The notes beneath the pieces are model-generated. The model was given only the letters and a program-made list of their open reading frames with translations, was not told the DNA's origin and searched no databases. The position numbers and the translations under genes were made by a program. From a virus (taxonomy: Duplodnaviria > Caudoviricetes): 63,823 bases of DNA. The first letter of the stretch is position 1; every line of letters starts with the position of its first letter. This document shows positions 47,024-56,571 of this stretch, one piece after another. Location of the stretch: positions 1-63,823 of the IMG/VR virus record IMGVR_UViG_3300031720_000003, one strand, 5' to 3'.

Positions 47024-47253
47024 GCGAGCAGCCCTCCGCGTTTCAAACCGCCCGCACTCTTGAGGTTGCCAAGATCGTCTACAAGACTCTGCTCGAAGAT
47101 ACCGAGAAGGCCATCGAGGCGAGCCGACTGGTCGCGCAGAATGAGAATGGCGAGCTACTGGCAGTGCTGCTCTTGACCATGCAGCTCGGGGCGTGTGCAG
47201 CCCGGGCGGCGCAGGATCTGCAGCGCTTCGGGGTGCAAGCGCCGACGGGTTAG
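47020..47253 (+). CDS. hypothetical protein
   Basis: ATGA overlap with the upstream gene. Confidence 0.5.
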   Translation: MSEQPSAFQTARTLEVAKIVYKTLLEDTEKAIEASRLVAQNENGELLAVLLLTMQLGACAARAAQDLQRFGVQAPTG

Positions 47254-47576
47254 GAGACCGTCAACGTACCTGCGGCGAGCACTGGCTGCTCAGGAGTTGA
47301 ACTAATTTTCAACCAGATGAAGTAGGCGGTGTTCGCGCTGGGAACAAAGCTACCCGAGGGTCCGACCAACACCTTTGCGATATGCACCGTCTCACCGGAG
47401 ATGGTGTCCGTCTCCCAAACGCCGTTCACCCATGAGCCCGGTACGGTGCTTGGTGATCCTGCTGAGGTCGCCACAAACCCGAACTGCACCACGTCGCCGC
47501 TCGGGTCAAAGTCAGCGCCGTTGACGACAGCTTTGACACGAACGCGCAGATATTGCAACGTCGCGGAGGACCACAC
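47250..47576 (-). CDS. virion structural protein (BppU-like Ig fold)
   Basis: W..GVWET...LVGPSG...YFIWLKISSTPEQPVL..GTLTV. Confidence 0.55.
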   Translation of the reverse strand: MWSSATLQYLRVRVKAVVNGADFDPSGDVVQFGFVATSAGSPSTVPGSWVNGVWETDTISGETVHIAKVLVGPSGSFVPSANTAYFIWLKISSTPEQPVLAAGTLTVS

Positions 47577-47704
47577 TAGGGCTGTTTCCGCTCCCGGGCC
47601 AGCCGGCGCAGCTCGCGGATCTCGATGACCTCAGCTGCGCCCATCATGAGCAGGCAGCCGACCAGCACACCCCCGAGGCCGACGACGATGTAGCCGAGCA
47701 CGGG

Positions 47705-48628
47705 TCACGCCTCCTCTGCACTCCAATTCGCGGGGGCGAGACCAGTGGACCACCCCGAACTGAGCACGCCAGCCGTCCAGGTGGGCGGCATGACAGCGAG
47801 GACGAGCTGCAGATCGATGCTCAGCCCAGGGGTAGCGTTGACGGTGTCGACGGCCGGCCCCACTGACTCGCTGAGGCTGCGGCGCAGCGCGACCTGACGC
47901 GAGATGAGATCGACCGCGACCCCGCCGCTCTCGGCCACCAGACGAACGACCGCGACCGGACCCCGGCTCACCGTGTCCGAGGCGGCAGGGATTACCTCGA
48001 GAATGAGGCGGAGACTGGTCAGCGTTCGTGACGGGGTGTCGGTGGCAGGCCCGACGCTCTCGCTCAGGCTGCGGCTCAGCACCACGATCCGGGTCACCGA
48101 ATCGCTGGCCGAGACCGACTCGGACACCGAGCGGACGATGGCCACGGTGCGGGAGACGCTGTCGCTCGCTATGGTCGATTCCGTGACCGTGCGACTGGCC
48201 GCGAACAAGCGGGTGACCGCGTCGGCGGCGGCGCTCAGGGCCTCGGAGAGGCTGCGGGCGAAGCCAGCGATGCGAGAGACCGTGTCCGAGGCGCTGACGC
48301 TCTCTGCGACGCTCCGGGAGGCAGCATAGAGGCGCGAGACGGTGTCACTGGCCGCGCCCACGCTCTCCGAGAGGCTGCGGGTGCTCGCGACGGTACGGCT
48401 GACCGTGTCCGACGCTGAGACGCTCTCAGAGGCCGTCCGCGCGCCTGCGTAGGCCCGGGTGACGGTGTCTGAGGCGCTGACCGATTCCGAGGCCGTGCGA
48501 GCTCCGGCGAACACCCGAGAGGGGCTGTCCGTGGCGGCACCGACCGATTCGCTGACCGAGGCGGTGAAGGTGCCCGGGCCCTCCCCCCCGTAGCGGGCGG
48601 TTCCGAACGGGCTACCCCCAAAAGGCAC
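47705..48628 (-). CDS. repeat-rich virion fibre/decoration protein
   Basis: About 11 repeats of 19-20 aa, RS(L/V)SESV(S/G)A(S/A)D(T/S)VSR; MPFGGSPFG start. Confidence 0.65.
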   Translation of the reverse strand: MPFGGSPFGTARYGGEGPGTFTASVSESVGAATDSPSRVFAGARTASESVSASDTVTRAYAGARTASESVSASDTVSRTVASTRSLSESVGAASDTVSRLYAASRSVAESVSASDTVSRIAGFARSLSEALSAAADAVTRLFAASRTVTESTIASDSVSRTVAIVRSVSESVSASDSVTRIVVLSRSLSESVGPATDTPSRTLTSLRLILEVIPAASDTVSRGPVAVVRLVAESGGVAVDLISRQVALRRSLSESVGPAVDTVNATPGLSIDLQLVLAVMPPTWTAGVLSSGWSTGLAPANWSAEEA

Positions 48629-48724
48629 GGCGCGTTACCTCCGGGGCTCAGCCCTTGATGCGCGGCACCGCGAAGCCCGCACCGCCGAGCAGCAGGATCA
48701 GCAGCAGGACGACGACTAGCAGCG

Positions 48725-48865
48725 TCACTGGGCGTTGTTGACCACGAAACGGATGAGACGTGCGAGCACCGCCTGCACCTGCGCCGGCGTCGCGGTCCCG
48801 GCGTCGAGCGCAGCCAGCACGGCCTTCAGTTGCTTGCGGTTGGGCGCGCCATAGTCAGGGTCGTC
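48725..48865 (-). pseudogene. orphan alternative C-terminus of 49487..49825
   Basis: DPDYGAPNRKQLKAVLAALDAGTATPAQVQAVLARLIRFV aligns with DPLYGQPHTRALQAALNAAEAGTLTNAQIQTILGHLIRRV. Confidence 0.6.
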
Positions 48866-48886
48866 CAAGATGCTACAATTGGAGTC

Positions 48887-49552
48887 GTGGACGATCTCGT
48901 GCTCTGGCGCCGCTTTTGGAGCCGGGTGCGAATCGGTGATGGGTGCTGGGAGTGGACGGGCTATGTCATGCCATCCGGATACGGCAGCATCACGATTGGC
49001 CCGAGAGGTGCCACCCAGCGTTGGGTAGTGCATCGGCTCGCCTATGAATGGCTGGTCGGCCCGATTCCTGACGGCCTCGATATCGACCATGAGTGTCACA
49101 ACCTAGACCCCAACTGCCACGGCGGCCCTTGCCCCCATCGCCGGTGTGTGAACCCGAGTCACTTGGCTCCCAAGACGCGACGACAGAATCTCAGGGCCAG
49201 CCCTCATTGGGAAGGCAAGCGAACGCACTGCCCGCTCGGCCACCCCTACGATGAAGCCAACACGCGCGTGGCAGCGGAGAGGCCGCGACACGGCACCAGC
49301 CGCAACTGTCGAACCTGTGACCGCGAGGCGCATCGCATCCTCCGTCAAGACCCAGCCTACGAGGCTCGCGCGCGTGAACTGGCGCGGCAGTGGCGACTCA
49401 AGCACGCGGATGACCCCGAGTGGATCGCGAAGGAACGAGAGCGCAGCCAACGACGCAGCGCAGAGGCGAAGGCACGTCGTAGGGCTTCACGAGCTACCCA
49501 GAACACGACGAATCAGATGCCCCAGGATCGTCTGGATCTGAGCGTTCGTTAG
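48887..49552 (+). CDS. HNH homing endonuclease (antisense, leaderless)
   Basis: RFWSRV..GDGCWEWTG...HRLAY...IDHECHN...CVNPSHL; TGCTACAAT ends 7 nt upstream of the start. Confidence 0.9.
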   Translation: MDDLVLWRRFWSRVRIGDGCWEWTGYVMPSGYGSITIGPRGATQRWVVHRLAYEWLVGPIPDGLDIDHECHNLDPNCHGGPCPHRRCVNPSHLAPKTRRQNLRASPHWEGKRTHCPLGHPYDEANTRVAAERPRHGTSRNCRTCDREAHRILRQDPAYEARARELARQWRLKHADDPEWIAKERERSQRRSAEAKARRRASRATQNTTNQMPQDRLDLSVR

Positions 49553-49825
49553 CGTCCCGGCCTCAGCGGCATTCAGTGCCGCTTGCAGCGCCCTGGTGTG
49601 AGGCTGCCCATACAGAGGGTCGTATTGCGCTACCGCTGTCGCCACCGCAGTGTCGAACTGGGCCTGGGTGACGGCGGGGTCGAGCGCGGTGATGGTCACC
49701 GGCGAGGCTGCGCTCGCTTGGCTCGGGTCGCCCGAGGAACGGCAATCCGGCTGCCTTCCCGCCGCCGTCAGCAGCGCGCACACCTGCGGGAGCTGTATCG
49801 GCGAGGTGATGACGCTGCTCGCCAT
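49487..49825 (-). CDS. hypothetical virion-associated protein
   Basis: Coupled to 49826..50635. Confidence 0.55.
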   Translation of the reverse strand: MASSVITSPIQLPQVCALLTAAGRQPDCRSSGDPSQASAASPVTITALDPAVTQAQFDTAVATAVAQYDPLYGQPHTRALQAALNAAEAGTLTNAQIQTILGHLIRRVLGSS

Positions 49826-50635
49826 CTAGTTGATCCGCCGCACCGTCAGCGCTCGGTCAGCCCAGGTGATCGTGCCCGCAGTGGTGAGGGTCGAGTACAT
49901 CATCTTGAAGGTATCCGATCCCGCCGTCAGCGTTGTGAACAAGATGGTGGCGCCAATGTGGTGCGGCCAGTCGTAGCTGTTCTGCTTACCAGGACCGGTG
50001 TCCGGACTGGCGGCGATGCTGTTGGTGCCGCTGATGTTTACTGCTGTCCATGAATAGCGGTCCGGGTTGTTCACACTGGCCGTGATGTAGTAGCTAAGCT
50101 CGACCGCAACCTTCGTTCCGTGAATCATTGTAATCGACGGACCGACGGTAGTCAGATCAACGAAGGTGCTTGTCGTCGCTGTCTCTGCGGTAGCGATGTA
50201 GGCGACAGCCTCGACTACCGCGGGCACATAGCTCGCGTACCAGGTCACGCCGTCGAGGCAGGTGAGCTGCACGCCCTCGACCGTGCTCGCCGTGTTGCAG
50301 CCGATCGGGTTCTGCCACTGCGACAGCCAGGTCAGCGTGCCGCCCGTGGGTGCGTTCAGCGTGAGCGTGCGTCCCCCGGTGGCGTCCTGCTTGACAAGCA
50401 GGGTGCATTGGCCGCGGAAGACGTTGGCGGGCAGCGTGAACGTGGTCGAGGCCTGGTCGAGCAGGATGGCGATCACGCTGTTGGCGAACAGGTTATTGAC
50501 CGCGTTCTGCCCCAGCGAGCTGATCACCGTGGCCGACAGGAAGGACGGCGCCAGTCCGGCGATCCGCGCCCCGCCCTGCGCCGTGGAATCAGCGACTAGC
50601 ACCCCGCCGTCGCTGCCCACCGCTCCCGGCCCCAT
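49826..50635 (-). CDS. fibre/receptor-binding-like protein
   Basis: LLVKQDATGGRTLT...DGVTWY domain plus TTSTTFVDL C-terminal beta-sandwich. Confidence 0.6.
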   Translation of the reverse strand: MGPGAVGSDGGVLVADSTAQGGARIAGLAPSFLSATVISSLGQNAVNNLFANSVIAILLDQASTTFTLPANVFRGQCTLLVKQDATGGRTLTLNAPTGGTLTWLSQWQNPIGCNTASTVEGVQLTCLDGVTWYASYVPAVVEAVAYIATAETATTSTFVDLTTVGPSITMIHGTKVAVELSYYITASVNNPDRYSWTAVNISGTNSIAASPDTGPGKQNSYDWPHHIGATILFTTLTAGSDTFKMMYSTLTTAGTITWADRALTVRRIN

Positions 50636-50771
50636 GAAGGGCGGGAAGAAGGTGTCAGGGCCTAAGCCCCTACGAATCCCGCGATTCGTCTCAGGCCACC
50701 TTTACAATAAGAAGGTCGGCGACTGCGTTACCAGCCCCGACCCATGGCCGAACCTGTCTAGGAGGCCCGAC

Positions 50772-51407
50772 GTGGCCAAGAGTACCTGTTCGATCCCCGA
50801 TTGCGGCAGAAGTGTCTTCGGTCGCGGTTGGTGCTCGATGCACTGGCAACGCTGGAAGGCGCACGGTGATCCTACGATCCTCCTCATACGACGGGTCGTG
50901 CGCGGACACAAGGTGAACCGCACGGCGCCTACTGACGAACGGTTCCGCGCGTTATCGGATCAGCAAGGCCCCATGTCCGTTCTTGGCACCCACTGCATTC
51001 CTTGGCTTGGGCGCGTCACCGACGATGGCTACGGTCAGTTCGTCGTCGGCCAGAAGAAGGGTGAGATGCGCCGCGTTTGGGTCGCCCATCACTTCGCTTG
51101 GCATTTAGCCGGTCGCACCATTGCGCCCGGGCATCACTTCGACCATCTCTGCCACACCCTGGATCCGAACTGCTTCGCAGGCATTGGTTGCCTTCACCGA
51201 CGCTGCGTCAATGCGGATCACTTAGAGGTAGTGGATCCGGTTGAGAACATCCAGCGCCGACATGTACGAATTCCTAGCGTCTGCCGTAACCGACTGCACG
51301 CAATGACGGACGACAATGTGTATGTAAGCCCGCGAGGCCGGCGCATCTGCCGTGCGTGTTTGCGGCTCAAGGATGCGAGACGCCGACCACGGCGCAGGTC
51401 GACTTGA
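50772..51407 (+). CDS. HNH homing endonuclease (antisense)
   Basis: CSIPDC...RGWCSMHWQRW...DHLCH...CVNADHL...CRAC; GGAGG RBS. Confidence 0.85.
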   Translation: MAKSTCSIPDCGRSVFGRGWCSMHWQRWKAHGDPTILLIRRVVRGHKVNRTAPTDERFRALSDQQGPMSVLGTHCIPWLGRVTDDGYGQFVVGQKKGEMRRVWVAHHFAWHLAGRTIAPGHHFDHLCHTLDPNCFAGIGCLHRRCVNADHLEVVDPVENIQRRHVRIPSVCRNRLHAMTDDNVYVSPRGRRICRACLRLKDARRRPRRRST

Positions 51408-51419
51408 CCGCCCCGCGGT

Positions 51420-52019
51420 TCAGAGGTTCTCTCCGAGCGCCACACAGTTGATCAGCTGCGAGGCCACCGTGGACGCCGCCACCAGCTTCCAGCCAGGCGG
51501 GATCCAGAGGTTGCTATACGTGTTCCTCGCGAAGTACGGGAGCACCGTTGTGGACGGCGTGACCACCGTCACCAGCACCGAGTCGAAGTAATCGTAGGTC
51601 GTGCCATCGAACAGGAAAATCGGCGACACCCCTGCTACGGTGGTGCCCGTGCCGAGCCAGCGCACCTCCGGCACAATGGTTCCCACCCCACCTCCAAGCG
51701 TGAGCGTCACTCCCGTGGCCGTGGCCGTGGCCGGCGCTGAGATGGTCACCGAGGTTGCCGACGCGAACGCGGTAATGATGGCGCCCACCGGGATGCCAGT
51801 GCCCGAGATGCCCCGGCCGATGTCACCCGAGTTGAACGATGCAGTCGCTGAGGTGACGGTGGTGTTGGAGTTGGTCGCGCCATCGGTGACCTGACGCGGG
51901 GATTGCCCACCCAACAGCGTGACAGCATGTGTCGGTGCGGTGTAGGTGTTGTCCGCGCTGGCCGAGAGCACTGACGAACCCACAACCGGCGTGGCGCCGT
52001 AGGATGGCTCGCTCGCCAC
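51420..52019 (-). CDS. virion structural protein
   Basis: ISGTGIPVGAII...VTISAPATAT domain. Confidence 0.6.
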   Translation of the reverse strand: MASEPSYGATPVVGSSVLSASADNTYTAPTHAVTLLGGQSPRQVTDGATNSNTTVTSATASFNSGDIGRGISGTGIPVGAIITAFASATSVTISAPATATATGVTLTLGGGVGTIVPEVRWLGTGTTVAGVSPIFLFDGTTYDYFDSVLVTVVTPSTTVLPYFARNTYSNLWIPPGWKLVAASTVASQLINCVALGENL

Positions 52020-52366
52020 TAGCGAAACCTCGCGGCTTGCAAGGCACGCCTGCCAGCGGGGAAGTCCTTCACGGTCGGGTCATTGCCCACGGGGAAGGGG
52101 CCGGTGTGTGCCACTGCTGACGTACCCTCCCTGCCCCGTCGTATCAGCCCCGTGGTGCCACCCGATGTGTAACCGAACAGCTCCACGATCTCGAAGGTGG
52201 AGAGCCTCGCGTCCAAGCACAATGCGACGTGATCCGTCATCGCTATGGACGGCAGGTTCACCCCGCCTGCATAGGTCAGCGCTGCTGAGAAGGTGATGGT
52301 GTCGGCAGTAGCGCTGAGGTTCGCGCTGCCGGTACCGAACAGGTTATTGAATATGAGCCGCGCCAC
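52019..52366 (-). CDS. virion structural protein
   Basis: EIV...IRRGREGTSAVAH motif. Confidence 0.6.
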   Translation of the reverse strand: MARLIFNNLFGTGSANLSATADTITFSAALTYAGGVNLPSIAMTDHVALCLDARLSTFEIVELFGYTSGGTTGLIRRGREGTSAVAHTGPFPVGNDPTVKDFPAGRRALQAARFR

Positions 52367-52367
52367 A

Positions 52368-53111
52368 TCACATGGACACTTGCACGGATTGCGACAACGT
52401 GTCGCCGCTGATCAGCGGCGGCGGTGAGGGTTCGGCGGATTCAAAGGTCATGATGCCACCGTTCTGCGCGTTGAAGATGGCTTCTTTGTTGATCGTGTTG
52501 CTGCCGCCGGTCGAGGTGAAGAGGTTGTTCAGGGTGGCTGACGTAGTTCCGTTGGTGTGCGTCCAGCCACCTAGGGCGCGGCCGAGTCCGTTGGTGGTTA
52601 GTTCGCTTGCCAGGGTGTGATCCGAGGCTGACGGCGAAGTGGCGTCTGTGGACAGCGCCATCCACCAGCTCGGGAAGGCTGCGGTGAAGATCGCGTAGTT
52701 GCACGTCGCGGACGGAGTCGACGCTGCCGCACCACCTGGGCTCGCCGGGTTGTTCCAGCGGTCGATGGTCAGCGCCGTCGAGGTGTTGCTGAGAATGACG
52801 CCATACGCACCACCGGAGACCAACGCCACCACAATCTTGCCCGCCAGCGGAGATGAGGCCGTGTTGCCGTAGCCGCCGGAGGTGGGAAATGTCGCGCCGC
52901 TGTTGGTCAGCGAGGTTGCGCCGGTTGCGGTCGCCGTGCCGGTGAGCTGCGCGCTCGATTCCGATGGACCGCCAAGCAGCGCACTCTGCCAATCCCCACC
53001 GTCCGTCGTGCGCAGGTTGGGCCTGTACGCGCCATCGTGGATGGTGACGTACTCGTCACCGACACGGCGGTAGATCTCGGTGCGAAACGTGGCCAGCCAG
53101 GTGCGGCTCAC
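52368..53111 (-). CDS. virion structural protein
   Basis: MALSTDATSPSASDHTLASEL...KEAIFNA...GDTLSQSV. Confidence 0.65.
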   Translation of the reverse strand: MSRTWLATFRTEIYRRVGDEYVTIHDGAYRPNLRTTDGGDWQSALLGGPSESSAQLTGTATATGATSLTNSGATFPTSGGYGNTASSPLAGKIVVALVSGGAYGVILSNTSTALTIDRWNNPASPGGAAASTPSATCNYAIFTAAFPSWWMALSTDATSPSASDHTLASELTTNGLGRALGGWTHTNGTTSATLNNLFTSTGGSNTINKEAIFNAQNGGIMTFESAEPSPPPLISGDTLSQSVQVSM

Positions 53112-53614
53112 GACACGGCCTCCTGTCCGGTGCTGGTCTCGGCCTCGATGGGCGGGGTGTCGCCGGTACTCGGCTGCACCATCGCGGCGGAGAATTCGGG
53201 CACGCCGCCCTGTTGTGCGCGGGGATCCGGCGCACCGCCATCGGGTGCGGGCTCACCGCTGCACTCGAACACAGTGTTGAGATACGCGGCCAAATCGGGC
53301 TCCTCCGCACACTCGATGTGGTCCAGATGTCCGAGGGGGACGTGGTCGCGAAGCCCGATCTTGCGCAGATACTCAGCCACCAGTGCGTTGCGGGTGATGG
53401 GCTGGCCGATCTCTTCGCGCGCTGCCATCTCACGCTCGATGAGCGCCTCGGGAACCTCGGCGAGCGTGAAGTTGCCAGGCCACTCCACCAGCGTGCGGCG
53501 CAGCACCTCATCGTTCTTGGCAGCTGCGGTGAACACCTCACCGGGCGCGATGGAATCCTTGGGCACGATCGCCCACTCAAAGTGCTTGCCATGGGAACAC
53601 CGAAGGGTGGGCAT
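53108..53614 (-). CDS. hypothetical protein
   Basis: GAGGAG RBS. Confidence 0.55.
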   Translation of the reverse strand: MPTLRCSHGKHFEWAIVPKDSIAPGEVFTAAAKNDEVLRRTLVEWPGNFTLAEVPEALIEREMAAREEIGQPITRNALVAEYLRKIGLRDHVPLGHLDHIECAEEPDLAAYLNTVFECSGEPAPDGGAPDPRAQQGGVPEFSAAMVQPSTGDTPPIEAETSTGQEAVS

Positions 53615-53622
53615 CGCTCTCC

Positions 53623-53829
53623 TCAGTCGTCGTCGCGCGCCCCGAGGCGGCGGAGTTCTTCTTCCAGACGGCGCATGGCCTCACTGCGCTTGCTCGCGTC
53701 ACGTTCAGCTTCGGCGATCCAGCGCAGACGGTTCAGCCGCACCAGTGCAGCCTCAGCATCCGCTTGTGCTTCACGGTCGGCTTGTTCCTGCGCGCGTCGT
53801 TGGTCGGCTTCCCAATCGCCCGGAGCCAT
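53623..53829 (-). CDS. small coiled-coil protein
   Basis: Charged helical ORF. Confidence 0.5.
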   Translation of the reverse strand: MAPGDWEADQRRAQEQADREAQADAEAALVRLNRLRWIAEAERDASKRSEAMRRLEEELRRLGARDDD

Positions 53830-53852
53830 AACGACCCCCACCCCTGCGCAGC

Positions 53853-54710
53853 TCAGTTGTTGTGAAGGATGTCCAAGTACGTGCCCATCCCGGATGGGCT
53901 CTGCCATTCAGCTGCACACTCGACTGAGTGTCCCTCTCCCCATTCGTTCATGCTGCAAACGAGTTGCCACGGGGCTTTGCTCGCCACCATCGCGTTCACC
54001 GCCGTCTGAAACTGCGCAGGATCACGCACCAGACGCGGGGATGTTTCATTGAACTTCCAAAATCCCGGCGACACCTCAAACGAATGTCCCACGATCACGT
54101 TCTGTGAGGATGCAGGGCCATACTGGTGGACCTGTGCTGGCGGATTCGCACACGTCTGCCAGCCCTTGAACACCTTGAGATTCGTGTAGAACGCGTTCCC
54201 TACCGCTACGTTGGCTTGGTGCCAGCGGCTGAACATGTCGCAGGTGTCAGCGCCATCACCGTACGCGAAGATGACGGGTGCGCCGCTGATGTGGAGGTAC
54301 GCCGGGTGGCTCGCGTACTTGCTCTTGATGTAGTTCAGATCACTGGTGAGTTGCGCGACGGTGGGATTCGGCGACCCGGTCACGCCTGAGACGGCGTTGC
54401 CCTCCGCCTCATAGTAGGGGCAGATCGAAAAGCCGACTGCGGCCGCAGCATCGAGCAGCAGCGGGAAGTGCTGATCCTCGAAGGACCCCTGTCCCCACCA
54501 ACTCGCGATCGCAGCCTGGATCTTGCCGTACTGCATCATCGCGACGTGCGCCGCGAGGATGGTGGCGTTGCCGGTGTCGTAGAAGCCGAGCGCGGGATGG
54601 TAGTGCGTGGCCAGGTTGTAGCCACTCTGCGACCAACCGTGCCAGCCGGGTGCCTGACTAAACCACGGATAGTAAAAGGCGGCGCGAACCGGCAGCGTCA
54701 GATTCGCCAT
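53853..54710 (-). CDS. glycoside hydrolase, GH99/GH71-like
   Basis: AFYYPWF...YHPALGFYD...IASWWG...YYE...SMNEWGEGHSVE. Confidence 0.8.
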   Translation of the reverse strand: MANLTLPVRAAFYYPWFSQAPGWHGWSQSGYNLATHYHPALGFYDTGNATILAAHVAMMQYGKIQAAIASWWGQGSFEDQHFPLLLDAAAAVGFSICPYYEAEGNAVSGVTGSPNPTVAQLTSDLNYIKSKYASHPAYLHISGAPVIFAYGDGADTCDMFSRWHQANVAVGNAFYTNLKVFKGWQTCANPPAQVHQYGPASSQNVIVGHSFEVSPGFWKFNETSPRLVRDPAQFQTAVNAMVASKAPWQLVCSMNEWGEGHSVECAAEWQSPSGMGTYLDILHNN

Positions 54711-56194
54711 CAGTGGAATGTGACCGTCAGCGTCGGGGCATGCGCACTCTCACGACTAGCAACGCGTTGTATCCATCCGGCCACGCTGAACGACAGGCCG
54801 AAGTCTGCTTCACTGCCCGACGAGCAGGGCACGTCCACGCTCACTGTCGCGTTCAGGCTAGGTGTCGAGGTGGTAGCGAGCACGGTGCTGTTCCAGGCCG
54901 GCTGCGAGCTCCACGTCGTGCTCTCTGTCCATCCGGTCGCTTCGGGATGCACTTGGATGCCGCCTGAGCTGGGCGCCACCGTGGAGTAGAGATGCAGCGT
55001 GCATGTGTCCACCGTGCCTGCGGGCAACGGGAAGCGCAGCAGTGATCGGTACTGCGAAGCGCTCGCGTCCAGTTCTGCGCTGCCACCGTACGACGGGCCC
55101 GGAGCGCCGCCGTACACGTAGGTGTCCACGCTGGCCGTCTCGGTCACCGTTTGCTCACCGCTTGGCGTCGGTGTCGCCGTGGCCGTTGGTGTGCTCGTCG
55201 GTGTTGCGGTGGGCGTCGCCGTTGCTGTCGCGGTGACTGTCGGTGTCGGTGTGGGACTCGTCGAGGGGAACGCCCCGCTCAGATCCCCGTTCGCTGCATT
55301 GCTGGCTGCGCCCGTGAGTGGGAGGCCGAAGGCTTCCTCGATGGCGCGCAGAGTGCCGTAGTGGTTCAGCCCAGAGGTGAACTGCCCAGCCGACTTCGAG
55401 GAAATCACAATGGTGGCGATGTGGCCACCGCTCGAGCCGTTGAAGCCAGCGTTGCTTGAGCCCTCATCGAAGGTGAGGATCACGACGCCGTTGGTGGCGA
55501 ACCAGGGCGACGATAGGACCGCGGGGAGGCGGTTCTTCAGCCAGGTATCGCCCTGCGAGATCGAACCGTCGTGCATGTCGTCGTTGAGATTGGGGGTCAC
55601 CCAAGCGAACGACGGGCCCCCGCTCGCGTTGAGCGCACCCGAGAGGTCACTGGGCAGCGGCACGTCGTGCGACGCGCAGGTTGCACCCAGTACATCGCTC
55701 AGGTAGACAAAGGGGTTGTGTTTTTTCGCGTACGCACCAGACGATGCCCCCGTGTAACACGCGGACGGCATGGTCTCCATGTACGCTTTCCAGGGGATCC
55801 CCGCTGCGCTCAGCTCACCGGGAAGATCCGGGCCTGCGAACGGTCCGCACGATGTGCAGTCGTCGGTGACACCGTGCGTTGAACCCGTCGTCAACGCGAG
55901 GTAGTTGGGCAAACTGGGGTGCGTCGTCGCGTACGACTGCGTTGCGAGATTGTGCTGCTGCGCCAGTGAGTTGATGTACGGCGCGCTGCTGCTGCCGATA
56001 ATCGACGTTATTTCGTGATTCTCTTCGACGACCACAAGGATGTGCGGAGCCGCGCTACTCGCTGTGCTCTGCCCCACCAGCCCGATGCCGAGCACCGTGC
56101 CAGTGAGCAGCAGTGCCGCCGCGCCAGCCCCGAGGACAGCGCGCGGATAGGTGGTGCGCAGCCTCACCGTCGCGCCGCCTGCTCCAACCGCCAT
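54710..56194 (-). CDS. phosphoesterase (acid phosphatase / PLC family) with PT linker and DNRLRE/CBM96-like domain
   Basis: HILVVVEENH, HPSLPNYLAL, KHNPF, TPNLNDDMHDG, TFDEG; N-terminal TM/signal segment. Confidence 0.85.
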   Translation of the reverse strand: MAVGAGGATVRLRTTYPRAVLGAGAAALLLTGTVLGIGLVGQSTASSAAPHILVVVEENHEITSIIGSSSAPYINSLAQQHNLATQSYATTHPSLPNYLALTTGSTHGVTDDCTSCGPFAGPDLPGELSAAGIPWKAYMETMPSACYTGASSGAYAKKHNPFVYLSDVLGATCASHDVPLPSDLSGALNASGGPSFAWVTPNLNDDMHDGSISQGDTWLKNRLPAVLSSPWFATNGVVILTFDEGSSNAGFNGSSGGHIATIVISSKSAGQFTSGLNHYGTLRAIEEAFGLPLTGAASNAANGDLSGAFPSTSPTPTPTVTATATATPTATPTSTPTATATPTPSGEQTVTETASVDTYVYGGAPGPSYGGSAELDASASQYRSLLRFPLPAGTVDTCTLHLYSTVAPSSGGIQVHPEATGWTESTTWSSQPAWNSTVLATTSTPSLNATVSVDVPCSSGSEADFGLSFSVAGWIQRVASRESAHAPTLTVTFH

Positions 56195-56346
56195 CTCCCG
56201 TACACGAAGCGGTGCAGCTCCCCGCAGCTGCCACAGCGCCAGAGCTGGCCGAACATGGCCCGGGGACTCGGTGGGCTGCATTCATGCGCCGGCTGAGGCC
56301 GGATGAGCGCGGCCACCTGGGCACGCAGATCGAGAGCGGTGGGCAT
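56164..56346 (-). CDS. small Cys-motif protein
   Basis: GGAGG RBS; HEC...WRCGSCG. Confidence 0.45.
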   Translation of the reverse strand: MPTALDLRAQVAALIRPQPAHECSPPSPRAMFGQLWRCGSCGELHRFVYGRWRLEQAARR

Positions 56347-56480
56347 CGCAGCCCTCCTAAAGTTGACGCGTGGGCGCGTGCCGACACCGTGGGGAGATGC
56401 GGGCCGCAAAGCCGACGATCAGGGGGAGGTTCGCAAGCCCTCTGCCGATCAGAGGGCGCGCGCTACCGGCCCGGAGGGTC

Positions 56481-56509
56481 ATTGTAAGCGGTCGCACGGG
56501 CGTTCGCAA
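56481..56509 (-). promoter_or_regulatory. promoter for the 47-56 kb leftward operon
   Basis: TTGCGA-N17-TACAAT on the minus strand. Confidence 0.65.
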
Positions 56510-56571
56510 GAGGCTCCCCGAATACAAATCGAGCCCCTCAGCCGGTCAGCCGGAGCCGGATAGTCCTCCTA

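Noticed and set aside
50262-50771. Long N-terminal extension of the HNH ORF 50262..51407
   Set aside because: It is antisense to 49826..50635; the promoter and RBS point to a start at 50772.
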